Positions 37,744 through 48,441 of a DNA stretch of 64,000 bases are shown piece by piece; the stretch's first letter is position 1, and every line of letters starts with the position of its first letter. Source of the stretch: Longimicrobiales bacterium. Lineage in GTDB: Bacteria; Gemmatimonadota; Gemmatimonadetes; Longimicrobiales; Gaopeijiaceae. The position numbers and the translations under genes are program-made. Below the pieces are notes generated by a model. The model saw nothing but the letters and a program-made list of their open reading frames with translations, ran no database searches and was not told where the DNA came from. The stretch lies in the NCBI GenBank assembly GCA_965203485.1, contig OZ241892.1, forward strand, positions 2,816,001-2,880,000, written 5' to 3'.

Positions 37744-38564
37744 CCAGCGACGTCGCCGACAAGCGCAAGATCAGAGTGCTGGACTTCGCCCGATTGAAGG
37801 AAGCCGGGCGCCCGATCGCCATGGTGACCGCTTACGACGCCCTGTTCGCGTCGCTCGTGGACCAAGCCGGCGTGGACTCGGTGCTGGTCGGCGACTCGCT
37901 GGCCACGGTCCTCTGCGGAGAGGAGACGACGCTGGGCGCGACCATGGACCAGATGGTCTACCACGGCCGGCTGGTCTGCCGGGGGGTCAAGCGGGCCCTA
38001 GTGGTCGTCGACATGCCCTTCATGAGCTACCAGGCGTCGCCCGAGGACGCCGTGCGCAACGCCGGCCGCCTCATGAAGGAGACGGGCGCGGGCGCGGTCA
38101 AGCTGGAGGGCGGAGCCGAGATGGCGCCTGCCGTGGAGGCGATCGCCCGCGCGGGGATTCCCGTGATGGGCCACCTGGGCTTCACGCCGCAGTCGGTGCA
38201 CAGCATTGGAGGCGCGCGCGTGCAGGGGCGGGGCGAAGGGGCGACCGACGCCATGGTCCGGGACGCGCTGGCCGTGGAAGCGGCGGGCGCCTTCTCCGTC
38301 CTCCTCGAGCTCACCTTGGGCGACGTGGCCCAGAGGGTCACCGAGGCCCTGACGGTGCCCACGGTCAGCATCGGCGCAGGCCCGCATTGCGACGGACAGC
38401 TTCTCATCCTCCACGACCTGCTCGGCCTGAACGAGGACTTCAATCCCCGCTTCCTCAAGCTCTACGCCCGGCTCGGCGAAGACGTGCGCAACGCGGTGGC
38501 CCGCTACGCCGACGAAGTGCGGAGGCGCGTCTTTCCCGGAGAGGAGCATGTCCATTCCGCCTGA
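37740..38564 (+). CDS. panB: 3-methyl-2-oxobutanoate hydroxymethyltransferase
   Basis: TAYDA, LVGDSL, DMPFMSY, VKLEGG, GHLGFTPQ, IGAGPHCDGQ. Confidence 0.95.
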   Translation: MTSDVADKRKIRVLDFARLKEAGRPIAMVTAYDALFASLVDQAGVDSVLVGDSLATVLCGEETTLGATMDQMVYHGRLVCRGVKRALVVVDMPFMSYQASPEDAVRNAGRLMKETGAGAVKLEGGAEMAPAVEAIARAGIPVMGHLGFTPQSVHSIGGARVQGRGEGATDAMVRDALAVEAAGAFSVLLELTLGDVAQRVTEALTVPTVSIGAGPHCDGQLLILHDLLGLNEDFNPRFLKLYARLGEDVRNAVARYADEVRRRVFPGEEHVHSA

Positions 38565-38698
38565 TTCCGGCACCATTCGACTGGTCGGAAAGCTGCACGA
38601 CTCGCGCCTGCGCGAGAAGCGTGTCCAGCCGTCTGGTCCGGGCGTCGTCCGCCAAGAGCAGGGCTCCGCGACTCGCGCCTTTGGCGAGGGGCGCGTCC

Positions 38699-40156
38699 AT
38701 GCCGCCTGACGCCGCCTCCTTCCCCCGGAGCGAAGGCGCGCGGCTCTTCCTGGGCAGTTGCGTCGCGCTCGTCGCGACTTCCGTGGCCTTCGCGACCGTG
38801 GGAGCCGTCATGTTCTCGCTCAAGGGCGAGTTCGTGCTCACGAACGCGCAGGCGGGCTGGATAGGCGGCGCGGCGCTGTGGGGCTTCGCCGTCTCCCAAT
38901 TGGTCTTCTCTCCGTTCTGCGACACGCTGGGCATGCGCTTCTTGCTGCGCTTGGCGTTCGCGGGACACACGGCGGGCGCGCTGGTCATGATCTTCGCGGG
39001 CGGCTTCGGCGCGCTGTTCGCCGGCGCCCTGCTGCTCGGCATGGCCAACGGGCTCGTGGAAGCAGCCTGCAATCCGCTGGTCGCGGCGCTCTACCCGGAC
39101 GACAAGACGGTCAAGCTGAACCAGTTTCACGTGTGGTTCCCCGGCGGCATCGTGCTGGGGGGACTGGCGGCCCGAGCGCTCGACGAGACGGGGCTGGGCG
39201 ACTGGCGAGTCAAGCTCGCCCTCGTCTTGGTTCCGACGATCGCGTACGGCGTGCTCCTGCTGGGCCGCCGCTTTCCGCAAACGGAAGGGGTGCGTTCGGG
39301 CGTGTCCATGGCCGAGATGTTCCGCGCGGCGCTCACGACGCCGCTCATGCTGCTCATGCTGGCGTGCATGGCCCTGACCGCGTCGGTCGAGCTCGGTCCG
39401 AACCGCTGGCTGCCGGCCATCCTCGAGGCCGGCGAGCTTCCGGGCATTCTCGTGCTGGTCTACATCAGCGCGCTCATGGCGGTGCTGCGCTACTTCGCGG
39501 GCCCGGTCGTGCACCGCTTGTCGCCGACGGGCGTGCTCGCGGTGTCCGCCGTGCTCTCCGGCCTGGGGCTGCTCTGGATGAGCACCGGAGGAAGCGCCGC
39601 AACGGCGGTCGCCGCAGCCACGGTGTTCGCCGTCGGCGTGTGCTACTTCTGGCCGACGATGCTGGGCTACGTGTCCGAGCGCGTCCCCAGGAGCGGCGCG
39701 CTGGGACTCGGCCTCATGGGCACGGTCGGCATGGCCGTGGTGGGCTTGGCGACCGCCCCCGTGATGGGAAAGATAGCCGATCGCCGCGCCTACGAGCTGC
39801 TCCCGGGCGACGAAACGGCCGCAGCGCTCGCAGACGCCCGGGCCGCGCTCGAGCTCCGCCAAGCGCCGGGGCAGGAAGGCGAGGACGCGCGGGACGCGCT
39901 CGAAACCGTGGCAGCGGTTCTGGCCGCGGCCAGCGAGGACGGCCGCCTGCCGCCGGACGAGACGGCGAACGCGCTGCGAGCGGTGGCGGACGCGGCGGCG
40001 CCGTCGGAGGCGGCAACCCGAGCCGCCGAGCTCCTGGGTCCGGCCGAGTACGCCGGAGGACTGCTCTCGCTGCGCCGTCTGGCGCCGTTGTGCGCGGCCT
40101 TGGCCGTCGTCTTCGGCGCTCTCTACGCCCGCGATCGCCGGGCGCGCCGCTCCTGA
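38699..40156 (+). CDS. MFS transporter (probable sugar/glycoside)
   Basis: 12 TM segments, ANGLVEAACNP, FHVWFPGGIV, FWPTMLG. Confidence 0.88.
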   Translation: MPPDAASFPRSEGARLFLGSCVALVATSVAFATVGAVMFSLKGEFVLTNAQAGWIGGAALWGFAVSQLVFSPFCDTLGMRFLLRLAFAGHTAGALVMIFAGGFGALFAGALLLGMANGLVEAACNPLVAALYPDDKTVKLNQFHVWFPGGIVLGGLAARALDETGLGDWRVKLALVLVPTIAYGVLLLGRRFPQTEGVRSGVSMAEMFRAALTTPLMLLMLACMALTASVELGPNRWLPAILEAGELPGILVLVYISALMAVLRYFAGPVVHRLSPTGVLAVSAVLSGLGLLWMSTGGSAATAVAAATVFAVGVCYFWPTMLGYVSERVPRSGALGLGLMGTVGMAVVGLATAPVMGKIADRRAYELLPGDETAAALADARAALELRQAPGQEGEDARDALETVAAVLAAASEDGRLPPDETANALRAVADAAAPSEAATRAAELLGPAEYAGGLLSLRRLAPLCAALAVVFGALYARDRRARRS

Positions 40157-40304
40157 ACGCAGGCCGGGGGGGAACTCGCGGGGTGAACCCCCGGCCCCGG
40201 CGGGCACGCACGCCCGCCAAGCGCTCGGGATCCGAACCACAGCGTGAGCCATCGGCCCCGGCGGGCACGGACCCCGGCCATGGGCCCAGAATCCGCACCA
40301 CGGC

Positions 40305-41507
40305 GTGAACCCCTTCCTGGGACGCAGGCTGCGCTACGGGATGGTCGGCGGCGGCCCCGGCGCGTTCATCGGCGCCGTGCACCGCGCGGCCGCGGCGCTG
40401 GACGGCGAATGGGAGCTCGTGGCGGGCGCGTTCTCGGCCTCCCCGGAGCGCTCGTGGAAGCACGGCCGCGCGCTCGGGCTCGATCCGGCTCGCGTTCATC
40501 CGAACTTCGAGGCGATGGCCGCGGCCGAAGCCGCACTGGACCCTGCAAAGCGCATCGACGCGGTCTCCGTGGTCGTGCCCAACCACCTGCACTGCCGCGT
40601 CGCGAAGGCGTTCCTCGACGCGGGCATCCACGTCGTGTGCGACAAGCCGCTGGCCGCGACTCTGGCGGAGGCCGAGGAGCTGTGCGCGCGCGTGGACCGG
40701 AGCGGCCTCGTCTTCGCGCTGACGCACAACTACACCGGCTACCCGATGGTTAAGGAGGCACGCCATCTCGTCCGGTCGGGCCGGCTTGGGGCGGTGCGCA
40801 AGGTCGTGGCCGAGTACCAGCAGGGATGGCTCGTCCAGCCGCTGGAACGCGCGGGCCACAAACAGGCGGCCTGGCGGCTGGACCCTGCGCTCGCGGGACC
40901 GTCGTCGGCCCTCGCGGACATCGGGTCCCACGTCCACAACTTGGTGCGCTACGTCGCCGGCCTCGATCCCGAGTCCGTCTTCGCCGACTTGGCCAGCTTG
41001 GTCCCGGGCCGAACGCTGGAGGACGACGCCGGCGTGCTCGTCCGCTTCCGGGGCGGCGCACGGGGGATCTTCGTGGTCAGCCAAGTCTCCGCCGGCGAAG
41101 AAAACGGGCTCCGGCTGCGCATCTACGGCGACGCCGGGGGACTCGACTGGCGTCAAGAGAGGCCGAACCAGCTGCGGCTGCTCCCAAGCGGCGCCCCCCG
41201 GCAGACGCTCATGCGCGGCAATTCCTACCTGTCAGAGCCCGCCCGGCGCGCCGCCCGCCTTCCTCCCGGTCACCCCGAGGGATTCGTCGAGGCGTTCGCC
41301 AACGTCTACCGCGGCGCCGGCCGCGCCGTACTGGCCGCCGCCGACGGCAAGGACCCCGGGCACCGCGACTTCCCCGACCACGTGGACGGCCTTGCGGGCA
41401 TGCGCTTCGTCGACGCGGCGCTGCGGTCGGCGGAACAGGACCGATGGACGGCGGTCGAGACGCCGAAGCGGGCCGCGCCTCCAAACGCAGCAACGGAGAC
41501 TCGATGA
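40305..41507 (+). CDS. Gfo/Idh/MocA NAD(P)-dependent oxidoreductase
   Basis: [34 protein letters not shown]. Confidence 0.9.
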   Translation: MNPFLGRRLRYGMVGGGPGAFIGAVHRAAAALDGEWELVAGAFSASPERSWKHGRALGLDPARVHPNFEAMAAAEAALDPAKRIDAVSVVVPNHLHCRVAKAFLDAGIHVVCDKPLAATLAEAEELCARVDRSGLVFALTHNYTGYPMVKEARHLVRSGRLGAVRKVVAEYQQGWLVQPLERAGHKQAAWRLDPALAGPSSALADIGSHVHNLVRYVAGLDPESVFADLASLVPGRTLEDDAGVLVRFRGGARGIFVVSQVSAGEENGLRLRIYGDAGGLDWRQERPNQLRLLPSGAPRQTLMRGNSYLSEPARRAARLPPGHPEGFVEAFANVYRGAGRAVLAAADGKDPGHRDFPDHVDGLAGMRFVDAALRSAEQDRWTAVETPKRAAPPNAATETR

Positions 41508-42529
41508 GCATTGCGACGCCACGCGGCGGCCGGCGGCGGCCCGTTACCCTCTTCACCGGGCAATGGGCCGATCTCCCACTGGAGGCGCTCGCCGAGAAGG
41601 CCGCCCGGTGGAACTACGACGGCCTCGAACTTGCCTGTTGGGGCGACCACTTCGACGTCCAGGCCGCTCTCGCCGACGACGGCTACTGCGCCGAGCGCCG
41701 CGAACTGCTGGCCGAGCACGGCCTCGGCGTGTGGGCGGTCGGCGCGCACCTGGCGGGGCAAGCCGTCTGCGACCGGATCGACGAGCGCCACAAGGCGATC
41801 CTGCCCGCCCGACTCTGGGGAGACGGCGAGCCGGAGGGCGTCCGCGCCCGGGCGGCCAGCGAACTCGCCGACACCGCCCGCGCGGCGGCGCGACTGGGAG
41901 TCGGCGTCGTCAACGGCTTCACCGGCAGCTCGATCTGGCCGCTGCTTTATTCCTTCCCGCCCGTCCCTCCGGAGACCGTCGAGCGCGGCTTCGAGGACTT
42001 CGCGGCGCGCTGGCGCCCGATTCTGGACGTCTTTCGCGCCGAGAACGTCCGCTTCGCGCTCGAGGTCCACCCCACCGAGATCGCCTTCGACGTCGCCAGC
42101 GCGGCCCGGGCGCTGAACGCCGTGGACCGCCATCCGGCCTTCGCCTTCAACTACGACCCCAGCCATCTTGCCTACCAAGGCGTGGACTACATCTATTTCG
42201 TCAGGCGGTTCGCCGCCCGGATCGCGCACGTGCACGTAAAGGACGTATGGTGGTCGGACAGGCCGACGGCGGCCGGCGTCTTCGGCGGGCACACCCAGTT
42301 CGGCGATCCGGACCGGTACTGGGACTTTCGTTCGCCCGGCCGCGGCAAGGTGGACTTCGAGGCCATCGCCCGCGCCCTGAACGAGACCGGATACGACGGC
42401 CCTCTTTCGGTGGAGTGGGAAGATGCAGGCATGGACCGGGAACACGGCGCGGCGGAGGCCCGCGAATTCGTCGCCCGCTTCGACTTTCCTCCTTCGGCCG
42501 CGGCCTTCGACCGCGCGTTTCGGGACTAG
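41504..42529 (+). CDS. Sugar-phosphate isomerase/epimerase (xylose isomerase-like TIM barrel)
   Basis: [45 protein letters not shown]. Confidence 0.88.
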   Translation: MSIATPRGGRRRPVTLFTGQWADLPLEALAEKAARWNYDGLELACWGDHFDVQAALADDGYCAERRELLAEHGLGVWAVGAHLAGQAVCDRIDERHKAILPARLWGDGEPEGVRARAASELADTARAAARLGVGVVNGFTGSSIWPLLYSFPPVPPETVERGFEDFAARWRPILDVFRAENVRFALEVHPTEIAFDVASAARALNAVDRHPAFAFNYDPSHLAYQGVDYIYFVRRFAARIAHVHVKDVWWSDRPTAAGVFGGHTQFGDPDRYWDFRSPGRGKVDFEAIARALNETGYDGPLSVEWEDAGMDREHGAAEAREFVARFDFPPSAAAFDRAFRD

Positions 42530-42686
42530 CCGCCGCGTTCGATTGTCGCAAACGGCGGGCGGCGCGTCCCGGGCATTGGCGTCGTCTTCGGACGAGAGCG
42601 GCGCCCGAGGGTTGGCTCGCCGGGCAATGCGGGGCGCCCGGCGGGTCGTCGCAGGCGGCGCCTCCCGGCTCGGCCGTTCGCGAGGA

Positions 42687-43388
42687 ATGCGCGTCCTCGC
42701 GCCGCTCGCGGTCTTGACGGCCTGCGGGGGCGGCGGGTCGGCGGGCCAGGAGCCCACCCGGCTCGCGCTGACCGACGAGGAAGCCGCAGCGGGCTGGCGA
42801 CTGCTCTTCGACGGCACGCTCGACGGATGGCGGGGCTATCGCCGAGACGACGTGCCCGCGGGCTGGTCGGCGCAGGACGGCGTGCTCGCGTTCACGCCGG
42901 GCCGTGGCGGCGGCGACCTCGTCACCGAACGCCGGTTCGCCGACTTCGAGCTGGCGTTCGAATGGAAGATCGGCCCCGGCGGCAACAGCGGCGTTTTCTT
43001 CCGCCTGACCGAGGCCGAGCGCGAGCCCTACTGGACCGGACCCGAGATGCAGATCCTCGACAACGCGGGCCACGCCGACGGCGCCGTCCCCGAAAGCTCC
43101 GCCGGCGCGAACTACGGCCTTCACGCCCCCGCCCGCGACGCGACCGCCCCCCCCGGAGAGTGGAACCAGGCGCGCATCGTGGCCCGCGGCCCGCATGTGG
43201 AGCACTGGCTGAACGGCGTGCAGGTCGTCGCCTACGAGCTCTGGACGGACGAGTGGCGCGCCCGCGTAGCCAGGACCAAGTTCGCGGAATGGCCGGGCTA
43301 CGGCATGGCCGAATCGGGCCACGTCGGCCTCCAGGACCACGGCGATCCGGTCTGGTACCGCAGCCTCAAGGTCCGGGAACTCCGTTGA
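42687..43388 (+). CDS. DUF1080 (3-keto-disaccharide hydrolase-like) lipoprotein
   Basis: Lipobox LTAC; WRLLFDG, GGNSGVF, EMQILD, GEWN, GLQDHG. Confidence 0.88.
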   Translation: MRVLAPLAVLTACGGGGSAGQEPTRLALTDEEAAAGWRLLFDGTLDGWRGYRRDDVPAGWSAQDGVLAFTPGRGGGDLVTERRFADFELAFEWKIGPGGNSGVFFRLTEAEREPYWTGPEMQILDNAGHADGAVPESSAGANYGLHAPARDATAPPGEWNQARIVARGPHVEHWLNGVQVVAYELWTDEWRARVARTKFAEWPGYGMAESGHVGLQDHGDPVWYRSLKVRELR

Positions 43389-43742
43389 CGCACGGGCGCG
43401 CGCAACTCGCGGCTGGCCGAAGCCCGCGTCCTCGCACTGGCGTGCTTCCCGCGCCGCCGGCCTCGACGACGCCGGACGCGCGTTCGCGTCTCTTCGACCT
43501 AGCGGCCGCGATCCCCTCCGGCGTTCCCTGCCCCAACCCGCCATGGCGCAAACCCGCGTCAGCCCCTATGGTGTTCCGAAGTCGGCATCGGCTTCGCGGT
43601 TGCGGCCCTCCGCCACGCGCGGCACCTATTCCGTGTTCGGTCGCCCAACCAACACATGCTTGGCATTGTCCGAACCACAACGATTACAGGAAGTCAACAA
43701 TCCCGACGCACGACGACTTCCGCATGCGGAGAGGAACAGCAT

Positions 43743-45611
43743 ATGGCAACGAAGCATCGCGCACTGCCTAGCCTCCTGGTGGCGGCTCTGGCCGTCCTCG
43801 CCGGCTGCTCGGATTTGGCGCTCGAGCCCGCGCAGACGCCCGGCCGGTTTGAAATCACGCCCGACAACGCGCTCGCCCGGCAGGGGGAGCCGTTCAAGTT
43901 CGCGCTCAAGGTCTACGACGAAGACGGCGAAGAGATGGCCGGTCCTCCCAGTTGGGCGCCTGCTCAATGGTTCCCGGCGGATCCCTCGGCGGTCTTCGTC
44001 CATCCGGACGGCACGGCCGACCTGCTCGGGGGAGGCGACGTGAGGATTCTCGCCCGGCTGGCCGACCTGGAAGCGGCGGTCCGGTTGCGGATCAATCCGT
44101 CGCAGGTGAGGCTCTCGACGGCGAGGGTCTACTTGAACCAAGGCGCGCAGAACCGCGACGGAAGCGTCCCGGTCGTTGCCGGGCGCGCTGCCCTGTTGCG
44201 GGTCTTCGCGGTCGGCAATCAGACCAGCTACTACTACCCGAAGGTGCGCGCGACATTGTACGTGGACGACGAAGAGGTCTTTTCGGAGGTCATGACGGCT
44301 TCCGGCGAATCGACGCCCGACAGGATCATCGAAGCGGGCCTCGAGATGTCCTACAACGCCGTAGTGCCGGCCGACATTGTGCGCCCCGGGTTGCAGGCCG
44401 TCGTGGACTTGGACGTCGACGGAGTCGTCCCGCCCGCGCCGGGCACCGAGCTGCGCTTCCCGTCGGAAGGACGCTTCGCCTTCGACGTGCGCGAGCCGAA
44501 CACCTTGCGCCAGATCTTCGTTCCGACCCTGCTGACGACGCGCAACAGCGAAGAGAGCGTGTTGGAGTGGTCGAGGGACGTCACCGCCCAAAGCGACAAG
44601 ATCGCATTCATGCGCAAGTCGCTTCCCGTGGGCGACCTCGAAGTGGAAGTGCGCGAGCCCTACGTGTACACGGGCGATCTAACGGAATACGAGCCGGGAT
44701 GGACCAACTACCTGGACGAAGTATCCGTGCTGCAGGTGCTGGAGGGACGCCGCGGATACTATTACGGCGTGGTTACGCAGTTCAGCGGAATTGCCATATT
44801 CGGCTTGGGCTGGATCGGCCAACCGGCCAGCGTCGGAGTCACCAGGGCGGCCACGTATGCGCACGAGCTCGGCCACAACATGTCGCTGCTTCATGCTCCT
44901 TGCGGTGATCCGGCAAACGTGGACGACAACTATCCGTCCAGCTACGTCGATGGCTCCATCGGAATATGGGGGTGGGACATCGAGGCGGAGGAACAGCGGG
45001 CGCCGGGACGCTACAAGGACCTCATGACCTACTGTGGGCCGGAGTGGGTCAGCGACTACAGCTACGCAAAGGCATTGAACTTCCGACTCAACGAGGAACA
45101 AGCACGGATCAGCAACAGCTTTTGTTGGAACGATTGGGCCAAGCGGGAGGACGTCAAGGACCATTGTCCGAGCCAAAGCACGATTCTCCTCTGGGGCCGC
45201 ACGGATCCCGGCGCGTTCCGCCTGGAGCCCGCTTTCGTGGTGGAGACGCAACCCGTGCTTCCACGGGGCGGCGGCCCCTACCGGCTGGCCGCGTTCGGGG
45301 AGAATGGCGACCTGGTCTTCGCGTACGACTTCGCACCCAGGACGGAGGCGGAGGACGGCACGGGGTTCACGTTCGCGGTTCCCTACGATCCGGACCGAGA
45401 CGGGGCGTTGGACCGCGTCGTGCTGTCCGGGCCCGGCGGCTCCTACGCGCTCGGGCAGTCCACGGCCCGCCCGATGGCCATGATCCGCAATCCGGAGACC
45501 GGGCTGGTCCGCTCGTTCGTGCGCGACTGGCGCGGCGACCTGCCCGCGTCGATGAGCGGGAATTTCGACATCGTGGTCAGCGAAGGCCTGTCGTGGAGCG
45601 GCGGACGATGA
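43743..45611 (+). CDS. Lipoprotein zinc metallopeptidase (M66-like) with N-terminal Ig-like region
   Basis: RBS GAGAGGA; lipobox LAGC; AHELGHNMSLLHAPCG (HExxHxxxxxH); DLMTYC Met-turn. Confidence 0.8.
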   Translation: MATKHRALPSLLVAALAVLAGCSDLALEPAQTPGRFEITPDNALARQGEPFKFALKVYDEDGEEMAGPPSWAPAQWFPADPSAVFVHPDGTADLLGGGDVRILARLADLEAAVRLRINPSQVRLSTARVYLNQGAQNRDGSVPVVAGRAALLRVFAVGNQTSYYYPKVRATLYVDDEEVFSEVMTASGESTPDRIIEAGLEMSYNAVVPADIVRPGLQAVVDLDVDGVVPPAPGTELRFPSEGRFAFDVREPNTLRQIFVPTLLTTRNSEESVLEWSRDVTAQSDKIAFMRKSLPVGDLEVEVREPYVYTGDLTEYEPGWTNYLDEVSVLQVLEGRRGYYYGVVTQFSGIAIFGLGWIGQPASVGVTRAATYAHELGHNMSLLHAPCGDPANVDDNYPSSYVDGSIGIWGWDIEAEEQRAPGRYKDLMTYCGPEWVSDYSYAKALNFRLNEEQARISNSFCWNDWAKREDVKDHCPSQSTILLWGRTDPGAFRLEPAFVVETQPVLPRGGGPYRLAAFGENGDLVFAYDFAPRTEAEDGTGFTFAVPYDPDRDGALDRVVLSGPGGSYALGQSTARPMAMIRNPETGLVRSFVRDWRGDLPASMSGNFDIVVSEGLSWSGGR

Positions 45612-46222
45612 GCGGGCTGGCGCGGGGGGGGCTGCGCGGGTCGGCTGTGGCAATTCTGACGGCCGCGATGGCCAGCGGACTGCCGCCCTTTACGGCGCAT
45701 GCCCAGGACGCGGAGACCAGCAACGCGGCCGTGGAGGGCGGCCTTCGCGTGGAGTTGCTGGGAGGCATGACGATCGGCAGTCACACAGCCTCGGCGGCGG
45801 CGCTCGACATGGCCCCCTCGGTCTCGCTCGGCATAGGCGCGAGCATGAGCGTGTGGCAGCCCGACTTTGCCGTGTTCGCCGCATTCCAGAGGATGGCGTT
45901 CGGTTGCGAAGAGGGGTACTGCCGCAACCAGGCCCGCACGGTCGCGGGCAACCACGGGGCCGTCGGCGTGGAATGGGCGCCCCGGCGGGGGTGGATGCGG
46001 GCAGGCCTGCTGCTCGGCGTCGTAAAGGCCGGTGAGGTCGGGAGCGACTTCGGGATCGGCGTGCTGGGAGCGGGCGGGTTCACGGTCGACTCGGGCAAGT
46101 TGCGGCTCAAGCCCGGGGTCAGCTACCGCTGGATGCAGGCCGGCACCGACAGCGAACCGAACGCGAAGGCCATCGCCCTAGGTCTGGAAGTGGGGCTCGA
46201 CTACGTGCTGGGCGGCAACTGA
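45608..46222 (+). CDS. Small outer-membrane beta-barrel protein
   Basis: Signal peptide ending AHA/Q, alternating amphipathic strands, C-terminal VGLDYVL; ATGA overlap with the upstream peptidase. Confidence 0.7.
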   Translation: MSGLARGGLRGSAVAILTAAMASGLPPFTAHAQDAETSNAAVEGGLRVELLGGMTIGSHTASAAALDMAPSVSLGIGASMSVWQPDFAVFAAFQRMAFGCEEGYCRNQARTVAGNHGAVGVEWAPRRGWMRAGLLLGVVKAGEVGSDFGIGVLGAGGFTVDSGKLRLKPGVSYRWMQAGTDSEPNAKAIALGLEVGLDYVLGGN

Positions 46223-46258
46223 GCCCCACCGGGGTCCGGACCGGACGCCCCAGTCGCG

Positions 46259-48127
46259 ATGAGCAGAGAAGTCGAAGAAGCCCGCGCGGGCGGGAGTCTC
46301 TCCGGCCCGTCCGTCCGGCGTCTCGTGCTGGCGACGGCCACGGCCGGCGGCCTGGCCGGAGCGTGCTCCGATCTCGCGTTCAGCCCGCAACCCTCGCCGG
46401 CGTCGCTGAGCATCGTCCCCGCGGACACGCTGGTCACCGTAGGGGACACGGTCGCCTTTCGCGTCGTCGTGCTCGACGAGACCGGCACGCCGATGCGCGC
46501 TCCGCCCTCCTGGACCCGCCCCGTTTGGTCGGCGGCCAACAGCGACGCGATCCGCATGCTGGACGACGGCCGGGGCGTGGCGGCCAAGCCCGCCGACACC
46601 AACGTGACCGTCGAGATCGCGGGCCTTGCGGCGCGCACCGCCCTGCGGGTCAATCCTCGGCAGGCCCGGCTTTCCGCGCCGGCCCACTACGTGACGCAGG
46701 GCATCCAAGACCGCGCGGGGAGCGTCCCGCTAATCGCCGGACGAGACGCTCTGGTGCGCGTCTTCGCCACGACCGACCAGGAGGCGTACTTCGACCTCGA
46801 AGTCCGGGCCACGCTGTTCAGGAGCGACGGACTGCGCTTCCCCTTGCCGATGCGCTCGGCCGCCCGCGTGGTCCCGACCAGCGTGGACGAAGGCGACCTC
46901 GATCTCTCCTTCAACGGCCCCGTGCCCGCCGCCATGATTTCGCCCGGCACGACGATGATCGTAGAGCTGGATCCGGAACGCACCATCGAGCTCTCCCCGG
47001 ACAGCGAGCCTCGCATCCCCCCGGTCGGCCGCATCCATCTGGACATCCGGCGCGTCCCGCCTCTCGATCTCACGGTGGTCCCCGTCGTGAACAGCCTGGA
47101 CCCGGACGGCGAGATTGTGGACGCCGTGCGCGGACTCGACGCCGACAGCGAGCACCTGCACCTGGCGCGCTCGGTGCTGCCCATCCGTTCGGTGAACGTG
47201 TCGGTCCGCGAGCCGTACGCGACATCGGTCGACCTGACCAAGGCGACCGCCTGGGTGCGGCTCCTCGAGGAACTCACGCTGCTCTACAGGACCGAGCGGA
47301 TTCGGGGGTACTTCTACGGCGCGCTGCTGCCGTCGGCGAAGGCCGCCAGGACGGGGATCGGCTACATCGCCCTGGAGTCGATCGCCGCGGGCTTGCTGAA
47401 CGGCCAGGTGATCGCGCACGAGCTGGGACACAACATGTCCTTGAAGCACGCTCCGTGCGGCGGCGCGACCGCACCCGACGAGCACTTCCCGTACCGCGAC
47501 GGGGCCGTGGGCGTGTGGGGATACGACTTTCGCGCGAAGCGCATCGTGTTCCCCGCGCTGTACAAGGACGTGATGGGATACTGCACGCCCGCATGGGGAA
47601 GCGACTACCACTTCAAGCGCGCGCTGGCGTTCCGCCTGGAAAACGAGACGGCGACCGCCGCGCCCCCGCCCTCAAGGACCAAGTCGCTGCTGCTCTGGGG
47701 CAACACGGGACGCGGTCCCGGCGCCGAGCCGAGGCTCGAGCCGGCGTTCGTGGCCGACGCCTACCCCTCGCTGCCCGAGCGACCGGGGCCGTATCGCCTC
47801 GACGGCGTCGGCGGCGGCGGCGAACGCCTTTTCTCGTACAGCTTCGATCCGGCGGAAGACGAATTCGGCGGCGCTCCGTTCGCGTTCGCAGTGCCTCTGG
47901 ACCCCTCCTGGGAGGCCGCGCTCGCCGAGGTCGTGCTTTCCGGCCCGGACGGGGGCTTTCGGCTGAAGCGAAGCGGCGCGTCGCCCGTCGGCCTCGTTCG
48001 CGACCCGGTGACCGGCCGGGTCAGGGCCGTGCTGCGCGACTGGTTCGGGCAGTACCCCAGCTGGCTCGAACCCGGCCTGGAGATCGTGGCCAGCGACGGA
48101 ATCCCCGGCCCCGCGCACCAGCGCTGA
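46259..48127 (+). CDS. Paralogous lipoprotein zinc metallopeptidase (M66-like)
   Basis: Lipobox AGAC; AHELGHNMSLKHAPCG; DVMGYC; colinear with 43743-45611. Confidence 0.8.
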   Translation: MSREVEEARAGGSLSGPSVRRLVLATATAGGLAGACSDLAFSPQPSPASLSIVPADTLVTVGDTVAFRVVVLDETGTPMRAPPSWTRPVWSAANSDAIRMLDDGRGVAAKPADTNVTVEIAGLAARTALRVNPRQARLSAPAHYVTQGIQDRAGSVPLIAGRDALVRVFATTDQEAYFDLEVRATLFRSDGLRFPLPMRSAARVVPTSVDEGDLDLSFNGPVPAAMISPGTTMIVELDPERTIELSPDSEPRIPPVGRIHLDIRRVPPLDLTVVPVVNSLDPDGEIVDAVRGLDADSEHLHLARSVLPIRSVNVSVREPYATSVDLTKATAWVRLLEELTLLYRTERIRGYFYGALLPSAKAARTGIGYIALESIAAGLLNGQVIAHELGHNMSLKHAPCGGATAPDEHFPYRDGAVGVWGYDFRAKRIVFPALYKDVMGYCTPAWGSDYHFKRALAFRLENETATAAPPPSRTKSLLLWGNTGRGPGAEPRLEPAFVADAYPSLPERPGPYRLDGVGGGGERLFSYSFDPAEDEFGGAPFAFAVPLDPSWEAALAEVVLSGPDGGFRLKRSGASPVGLVRDPVTGRVRAVLRDWFGQYPSWLEPGLEIVASDGIPGPAHQR

Positions 48128-48191
48128 CGCCCGACGGCCGCGCGCTTGGGCGAACGGCCTTCGCGTCCAGACCTGCCGCGCCATCAGCCAG

Positions 48192-48265
48192 TCGGGACGG
48201 CCGGATTCGAACCGGCGACCCCCTGAACCCCATTCAGGTGCGCTACCGGACTGCGCCACGTCCCG
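48192..48265 (-). tRNA. tRNA-Pro(GGG), CCA not encoded
   Basis: CGGGACG acceptor stem, GCGC D-stem, CCTGA-AT-GGG-GT-TCAGG anticodon arm, GGTTCGAATCC T-loop. Confidence 0.95.
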
Positions 48266-48441
48266 AAGGGGGGCAACGTAACGCCGTCGCGACCGCATGG
48301 GAACCTCGCGGGCAACGTCCACCGCCGCTCCGCGTCCTTGAACCCTACGCGCACGCAGTCTAGGTTTGTTCGCTGGAGGGGCGCCGAGTCCTCCGGTCTC
48401 TCGGAAGCAAGCCCGCGATCCGTCTTCGCATCTCAAGGCCG

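Noticed and set aside
43390..48265. Integrative island at tRNA-Pro carrying the peptidases
   Set aside because: No integrase and no duplicated tRNA 3' end seen by eye; not excluded without a computed search
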